DNA of 56,554 bases, filler included, from Sphacelaria rigidula (Eukaryota): assembly GCA_964200075.2 (NCBI GenBank). It is 5 parts of 5 records of this genome, joined end to end, with 100 filler letters (N's around TTAATTAATTAA, not from the genome) between each part and the next. Parts side by side here need not be neighbours in the genome. Positions count along the whole stretch, not along the records: positions 45,325 to 56,554 come from CAXNAA020005199.1; 4 more parts are not named here. One strand, 5' to 3'. Shown here in pieces: positions 49,712-56,554 of the stretch (positions within the stretch are counted from its first letter, which is position 1; every line of letters starts with the position of its first letter). Below the pieces are notes generated by a model that was not told where the DNA came from, made no database searches, and saw only the letters and a list, made by a program, of their open reading frames with translations. The position numbers and the translations under genes are program-made.

Positions 49712-50726
49712 ATACCCTGTTCTCAACCTCCACCTGCCTGGTCATTTCTTGCTGTATTACGCTATCAATAGCATTCAGTGTTTTCCTGCGCAAGAGGTTT
49801 GGTGGGCCCAGCCAATAGTGGCCACGAATGGCCACATCTAGTCATACTACTGTGATGGAGTTCGGACCAGCCCTGCCCTGCTGCTACAGCCGTAGCATAA
49901 GCTCAATGATGCTCCTCTACATGAAATACCGTCGGACCGACTACGTTTTGCTTCGCTCCTTGGTAAAGAACAATATCGCAGTCCTTGCCATGGTGTTACA
50001 AAGTACGGGTATAGACAGCGAAGTTGCATGTATTGGTATATGCATTTGTTAACTTTTTGGTGTTCCGAACACCAGCCGAGGGCAAGCTCAAGATGGAGAT
50101 CCTACAGGACTGCGTGCCCTTTAATGAAATCTCGCTCGCGACGTACGTCTCCTTTGAATCCTACGAAAGCCCTTGAGCCAGAAAGCCACATTTTTTCATA
50201 TAAAAGGGTAAACCGAATAGTAGACCAACCCCGCCCTCGTCAACCTCCTTCATCCTCCCTGAATTTCACGATAAACGCATGTATTTTCGACTGAATGTAG
50301 TCCAAGTTGTACTGATGAATTGAAGTGATGGGAACGCTCACTGCACGCGCATATCAATGATTAAGGCGTCAACCGCTGCTCCCTCGCGTGGCAGCGCAGA
50401 ACGTCTTATTCAAGCTTTTGGGCGTTTCACCATTCGGAATTGGAGTCAGATTGCTTTCATGTTTGCCTGCATATCGGTGGTCATTATCTCCCTCTAGCGA
50501 CGTCACATTGATACCAAGTAGTGACCTTAGGCTACCAACAGGTAGCTTATTCTCCCGAAACATCTAACTAGACTAAGCTTTCGTAGCTACGCAGAAGATT
50601 CTCAGTGCAACTTGTGTGCCAACCAATGCGCATATCCTGCTGTGTTTCAGGCACTTTCTGCCCCGTGGTCGGCGTGTCAACATTCAACAGCCGGTTGACG
50701 GGATGCCACCTGATCAGCGACACCTG

Positions 50727-53147
50727 ATGATAAGATGGAAGGGCTGGATCGCCGCACTTGTTCTGCTCGGGATATTCTGCACTGGCGTAGCTTCCGCTCC
50801 TTGCAGCAGCGGCGATGCCTCGCATGTCTGGGAGGTTAAGGATACAGCATCAGCCACAGCCCTGGCTGTCGCAGTAAACTGCTCTGGTGGGGTGTTCAAT
50901 GTCAAATGGACAGGAAACGTCGTCGTAGAGCGCGAAATCCATGTAGCGAGTGGAACTTCCCTCAATGTAGCTGGAAGTGATTTGGCAGCCGGGATGGAGG
51001 GGAGTGGAAATAATCGACTTTTCAACATAGAAAACGCGTCCTTAAATGTGAGCAACGTGATCATCAGCAACGGCCATGCGGCCTTTGGGGGGGCTATCGT
51101 TTGTCAGCGCTCAAGGATGTCATTCGACCGGACCTCTTTCATCGATAACGTCGCCGTGGAGGGAAACGGTGGAGCTCTCCATGTCGCCGACAACTCGGCC
51201 GTTTCGTGGAGCGGTCTAACAGCGTTCGTCGGCAATAACGCGTCTGATGGTGGCGGTGGGGCTTTCATTAGTGACAGCTCCAGCGTCTCATGGCGAGGAA
51301 ATTCGTCGTTCTCCAAAAACGCTGCTCACCAAGGAGGCGCTCTCTATGTAGAAAACAACTCCAGTGTCTCCTGGGAAGCGGAGACATCGTTTGAAGGGAA
51401 CGCTGCGAACTTTACAGGAGGCGCCTTGAACGTGTACAATGGATCAACGGTATCATGGGAAGCGGTAACGTCATTCTCCCGCAACAGCGGAGAGTGGGGT
51501 GGAGGCGTGCATGTTGAAACCAACTCCAAGGTATCCTGGGAAGCGGAGACTCTGTTCTCAGGCAATCACGCAATATCCGATGGCGGTGGGGCTGGATTGG
51601 ACGTCTACGACGGTTCGAGCGCATCGTGGAGGGCGTTGACTACGTTTATTGACAATATTGCTCCAATGAACGGCGGCGCGATACAAGTCAACGCCGCCTC
51701 GGTATCGTGGGAAGCAGAGACTGATTTCGTCAGAAATTCTGCGCACAAAAGCCACGGGGGTGCCGTCTACCTTTTCGACGGCGCTACTGCATCTTGGACA
51801 CGAGAAACGAACTTTTGGAACAACAGCGCGGTGTCCGGGGGTGCCCTTGCGTGTATCCAATCCAATGTATCCTGGGAAGGGAATACGTCGTTCTTGGACA
51901 ATAGCGCTACCTATGGGGGTGCTGTGGTAACTAGCGAGAGTTCCCGTGCATCTTGGGAGGCAGAAACGTCGTTCATCCGCAATTCTGCAACCGGTTCTGG
52001 GGGTGCTTTGAATATCGACAGCAACTCCGCTGTATCGTGGGCAGGGAATACATCGTTTATCCGCAATTCTGCAAATTTTTCTGGGGGTGCTTCGAATATC
52101 TACAACAAATCCGCTATATCGTGGACAGAGAATACGTCGTTTTTGAACAACAGCGCGCGTTATGGGGGTGCTGTGATCACTAGCGAAAGTTCTCGTGCGT
52201 ATTGGGAGGCAGAAACGTCGTTTATCGGCAATTCTGCAACAACTGGTTCTGGAGGTGCTTTGAATACCTTCAAAAACTCCACTGTATCGTGGGCAGGGAA
52301 GACGTCCTTCTTCAATAATAACAGTTCTGAAGGAGGGGGGGCCATTTACGCGATGAACCGCTCCGATGTGTCTTGGGGAGCAGAAACAGAGTTCGCAAAC
52401 AACTCAGCAAATGACCCGGGCGGCGCCGTGCTTGTTGAGTACGGCTCCAGCGTAACCTGGGGAGCAACCACGTTCTTTTGCAACAATACTGCGGGTAAAT
52501 CGGGTGGTGCTGTTTCGCTGTCGTCGTCAAATGAGAACAGTGAGAATATCATGTCGTCCATCATCATCGACGGCTCCACAACATTCGTCGGGAATAGCTG
52601 TAAAGCTAGTGGAGGGGCATTGGCACTTGTCGGCGTGATAAACACAAGTTTCGGGGAAAACCCCATGACGTTCGATCGTAATTCTGCGGACTTTGGTGGA
52701 GGGGCAGTGTTTGTTGCAGGTTTAGGGACTGGGCCACAGTTCATCGGTGCTACGTTCACTTCGAACTCTGCGAGTATAGGCGGAGCGGTGTCCGCTACAG
52801 GTAGTGGAACGGCAGTTACGAACTATGAATTCGTGGCTCCAACCACGTTCGACCAGTGCCGCTTTTTCCATAATACTGCCGAGTTAGCAGGCGGTGCGGT
52901 GGACAGCGGAGCAGGTCAAGACAAGTTCACCAATACATTTTTTCTCGGCAACTTTGCACAAGCTGGAGGAGCTTTGAGTCTCGCTGGTACGGCATCCATA
53001 TCCAACTGTTCATTCGTAGAGAATATTTCGGCCGAAGACGAAGGACCAGCAATCTCTAACGTGGGGTCGATCAATATCACCGACGGCACTTCTTTCGACA
53101 ACAATGTCTTCGACTGTGAGCGTGGGACGTTTCTCAACTTTAGCACG
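50727..53147 (+). CDS. Polymorphic outer membrane protein (Pmp)-like parallel beta-helix protein, first exon; 3'-partial
   Basis: Signal-peptide-like MIRWKGWIAALVLLGIFCTGVASA; more than 20 repeats of SW...TSFxxN.A...GGA(L/I/V); ends at a strong ACG|GTGAGT donor after a C..GTFL motif. Confidence 0.9.
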
Positions 53148-54941
53148 GTGAGTATTAATCTTCGATCGCGAACATCTACAATGGATTATACCGTGTTCTG
53201 AGTACATTGGCAACATGTAGTCTTCAGAGCTTTTCGATATATTGGTCAAAAATAATATGCTGCATAATAATGTACTATCCCTACTGTTGCTATCGTAAGC
53301 TGAATATGCATATGTTAATGTCCATTTTTTCATGATTTGTACATGGTGTCCGAATACAACGATTGCGGAAAGAAGACGGTGTGGCTGTTGCCCAGCGCGG
53401 CGGCATCACATTCCCAACTGGGGATCAGACCACTAAAATGAATAGTCTTCCCAGCACCGACGGGTTATCTGCCAGAAAACTAAAGGTCATAAAGAGCAAT
53501 TCCGATTATTCCGCTGTTCATTCCTGCATTCTTCGTGGCAAGACATGACGTTGCGATAGTGCGAAGCTGACCGTCAGCGACCAGTGCTGAGCTCAATCAT
53601 GGAAAGTGACGGCTGAGATGCCGTGCGAAATACGGCAACATAACGTCGTACCAATACCATAGGTCGAGAGCTGTGAAGTGAACCAGTTGATGCCGTCGGC
53701 TAAACTGGGAGTGGAATTGAAATTGAACTGGCGACGAGGGCGCCAGTTATCCAGTTTATTCGAGTTTTGCCGTAACCGGCTATATTTGTACCTTTTATAG
53801 TGTGTATCATATAGCGACGATGCCCACATCAACATATAAACTTAACCGTCCATACAGTAGTATAAATATTATACAAATGTTTAGGCTTTCACCTGTTATG
53901 CTAGTGAAGTCATTTTTTCATGCTAGTAATCTCACCAAAAATTATGCTCGTAAAGTGACATTTATGCTTGCATATATGCTCGCATTTTCAAAACAAGTAC
54001 GCTCGGTTTATGCTCGCAAAGTGGATTTTATGCTCGATTATGCTCGTAATATCCACTGAGGATACCATTTTCGACCGGATGCAGACCCACCGATCAGTAG
54101 TAGTTATTACTATTATTATGTTCGTCACATTTTGAGCTCGATCTCTCGAACCCGTGGTCACAGAGTGGAAGGAGCGTAGCACCCACACCCATAGATCAAG
54201 CAGCCCGTAGAGGAAGGCAAACTAAACATCTACACGAAAAGGGGCATACTACTGTGTATGCATGTTTTACATACACGAAGTACTGCCTATACCTGCATTA
54301 GTTCGATCGAATGTCGTATTTTCCGATTGTCGTACACGATGCATCGTTGAATATCATCGCGCACTCTTTGTCTTATATCTTCTGCTTGCCGCCGCCTAAC
54401 TGCCGTATAGACAAGACATATGACAGGCAACCTGCTGATTCGGATATCTATCACAATCTGGCACAATGAGTGTACGTTGTACGTAGCTCATCCCCACACT
54501 CAAACTGACAGGTCACGAAACCACATGATGTGTTCACCCGCCGCCTGTTCCATGTCGAGGAACTCGTGTCCAAGGACAACAAACGAAAAGCTGACATTCG
54601 ATTGATGAATAATCATTAGATTGATCGCCTTGCATGAACCGATGCCGCTTCTAATCCAGCGGAAGTCGCAAGATGGGTACAGCCCAGGAAACAAGGGGCA
54701 AAAAAAGAAACACACAAAGGGGTGGAAATTGGGGAACTGCTGGAGTAGACAAGAAGAGTTCAGTAGCCAGAGAAAGTACAAAACCAAAACACGCAAGAGA
54801 AGAAAATGGGAAGGCAAGATATACTGCTGTGCTGCTGTGCTGCGCGCTGTACGCTGTACGCCGTTCGCTGTGTACTACCGACTACAGGCTGAAGAGCACG
54901 TTGTACGTGTTTGTGTTTTGTGTCGTGTGCTTTCATGAAAA

Positions 54942-55294
54942 CACACGCGAAGATTTGGCTACCCCCAAAATTCCTCTAGGTCGGTCAGCTTTTCGAGCCT
55001 CCAGAGGAATTAAACGCCTCCGGAGGGGTGCGCAGCCCTCCAGAGGAACGTTTTTGTTTACCTCTACAGGAATTAAAACGTCTCCAGAGGCTTGTTTTGC
55101 CTCTGTAGGGCCGCGCATCTCTCCGAAAGCATTGTGCTACCCCCAAATTCCTCCGGGGGGGTGCGCGGCACTTCAGGTCGGTAGAGTGTGGCTTCCTCCA
55201 GAGGGGTTAAAGGCCTCCGGAGGCTTGTTCCGCCTCTGGGGGCCCGCGCATCCCTCCGGGGGCATTTTGGGTGGTAGCCAAATGGCCGCGTGTG
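54942..55294. mobile_element. Non-autonomous CMC/EnSpm-like element in the Pmp-like gene intron
   Basis: CACACGCGAAGATTTGGCTACC...GGTAGCCAAATGGCCGCGTGTG, 2-bp TSD (AA), many CCTCC(A/G)GAGG motifs. Confidence 0.72.
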
Positions 55295-56554
55295 AACGTT
55301 TTTCAGACCTGCGATCGATCAGACTGGCAGTTCGAATGACTGGTTCTAGAGCGTACACGTATTCCAGGCCCGCAGTCGATGATAGCAGAGTTTTTCGCCC
55401 AAAATATCAGAGCAGGCTAGCATTTAGATCCTTTTCCTACCCCTACGGTGAAAACTTATGCTCGATTATGCTCCTAATGTGGGAATTATGCTCGATGATG
55501 CTATTTGCTGAAACGCTATGATATTTATCCTACTTGCTATTTATGCCATCAAGGTGGAATTATGCCAGAAATTATGCGACCACAATAAATAAAAGCCTAA
55601 AAATATTTCAACTTCGCACCCTATCACAGTCCTGGTTTCTCGTCCTCGGGCTATAGCATGTAGGTCAACGGCTGGTCGATCGAATGAGGAAAAATGAAAG
55701 AAGGAAAACAATGTTGACTGGGATCCGGTGGCACGCTTGATGCGCAACTGCCAAACGCCAAACCTCAGTTACCTACCATTACCAATTGCATGGTGAAAAG
55801 CGATGTGGACATGATGTGATACACCACGCCTCGAAGTGATGGGGGCGGACTTATGCCAAGGTTTGTCGCTTCAATCCACATCCGAAAAGCAGTAACAAAC
55901 GGTGACACCACAATATACAAAACACACCATGGCTTGCGATTCAACTTGATGCGTGTTTTCGGTGCGGGGATGAGAATTTTGCGCCTTTTCCCCACTTGCT
56001 GCCAGCCCTTGGCTTCTTTGTTCCCACACTCCACTCGTCGTGGATAATCTCTGCCGCTCCATACTGCAGATGAGTGATGCTGCGATATCCTACCGCGGGG
56101 ATACTAGTTCTCACCGTGCCGTACTGTAGCGACAATCGAGTAGGAATAGAAAAATGTGGTGCATGCGTTGTGGAGAATGTTGAATGTTACGAATCTAGAT
56201 TCTACAGTCTACGAGCTTCCCCTCCGGGAGGTTGGTATGGGCTTACCGGGGGTGGCGCAAGTCGATGATAAATTTTGTCAAGGTTTCCACGATCTTGAAG
56301 TGGCTTTTGTGGATCGCGATCTACACCCCGCGAAAAAGGGCCAGTTTGAGCGACTTTCGGTAGCCAGAACACGCGCCACAGGTATCAGATGACGCCCAAA
56401 CCTGAACGGTAATAATGTACCGCTGAGCCTTCTCAGTGCGCTATAAAAGAAAGCGTGGGAAAAAATGCCTTGCCGCCAGAGAAAACTCGGCAAAAGTGGT
56501 GAAAAATGTGAAATGATACATGTACATGGTATACATTGCGCGTAAAAGCACTGA

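Noticed and set aside
50616-50726. N-terminal extension of the Pmp-like ORF from a GTG start
   Set aside because: Eukaryotic gene; the ATG at 50727 directly precedes a signal-peptide-like segment.
54673-55521. 282-aa + strand ORF
   Set aside because: It runs across a CACTA-like MITE made of CCTCC.GAGG motifs; no domain signal.
56070-56268. Possible second exon of the Pmp-like gene (Cys-containing ORF after CTGCAG)
   Set aside because: The phase-0 reading stops quickly and the Cys-rich frame is not phase-compatible with the donor at 53147.

Overview
Eukaryotic genomic DNA, about 50% GC, with GT-AG introns and a high repeat content. Gene and TE families point to a brown alga (Phaeophyceae, Ectocarpus-like); this is an inference. 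The window is not contiguous: four identical 100-nt linkers (N44-TTAATTAATTAA-N44) join five contigs of 11231, 11231, 11231, 11231 and 11230 bp, so neighbourhood across linkers is meaningless. Contig 1 has a decayed Ty3/Gypsy element (- strand, putative 5' LTR, gag with a relic CCCH finger, protease, RT, RNase H). It also has two P-like non-autonomous elements rearranged as predicted for reversed-ends transposition, and the 3' end of a second Gypsy whose pol ends in a PWWP/Tudor-like domain. Contig 2 has the 3' part of CFAP91 and a convergent multi-ubiquitin-like-domain gene. Contig 3 has a long palindromic MITE and SDHAF2 with a probable 12-nt microexon. Contig 4 has a full-length but decayed 9.2-kb tyrosine-recombinase (DIRS-order, PAT-like) retrotransposon with split direct repeats, RT/RNase H, an adenine-methyltransferase-like domain and a zinc ribbon-ALOG-YR ORF; its gag appears split by a 2.2-kb sense spliceosomal intron. 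Contig 5 has nested MITEs and a large first exon of a Pmp-like beta-helix surface protein. The best leads are the ALOG-bearing, apparently intron-containing YR retroelement, the PWWP-like Gypsy tail and the reversed-ends inversion. All calls were made by eye; no searches were run.
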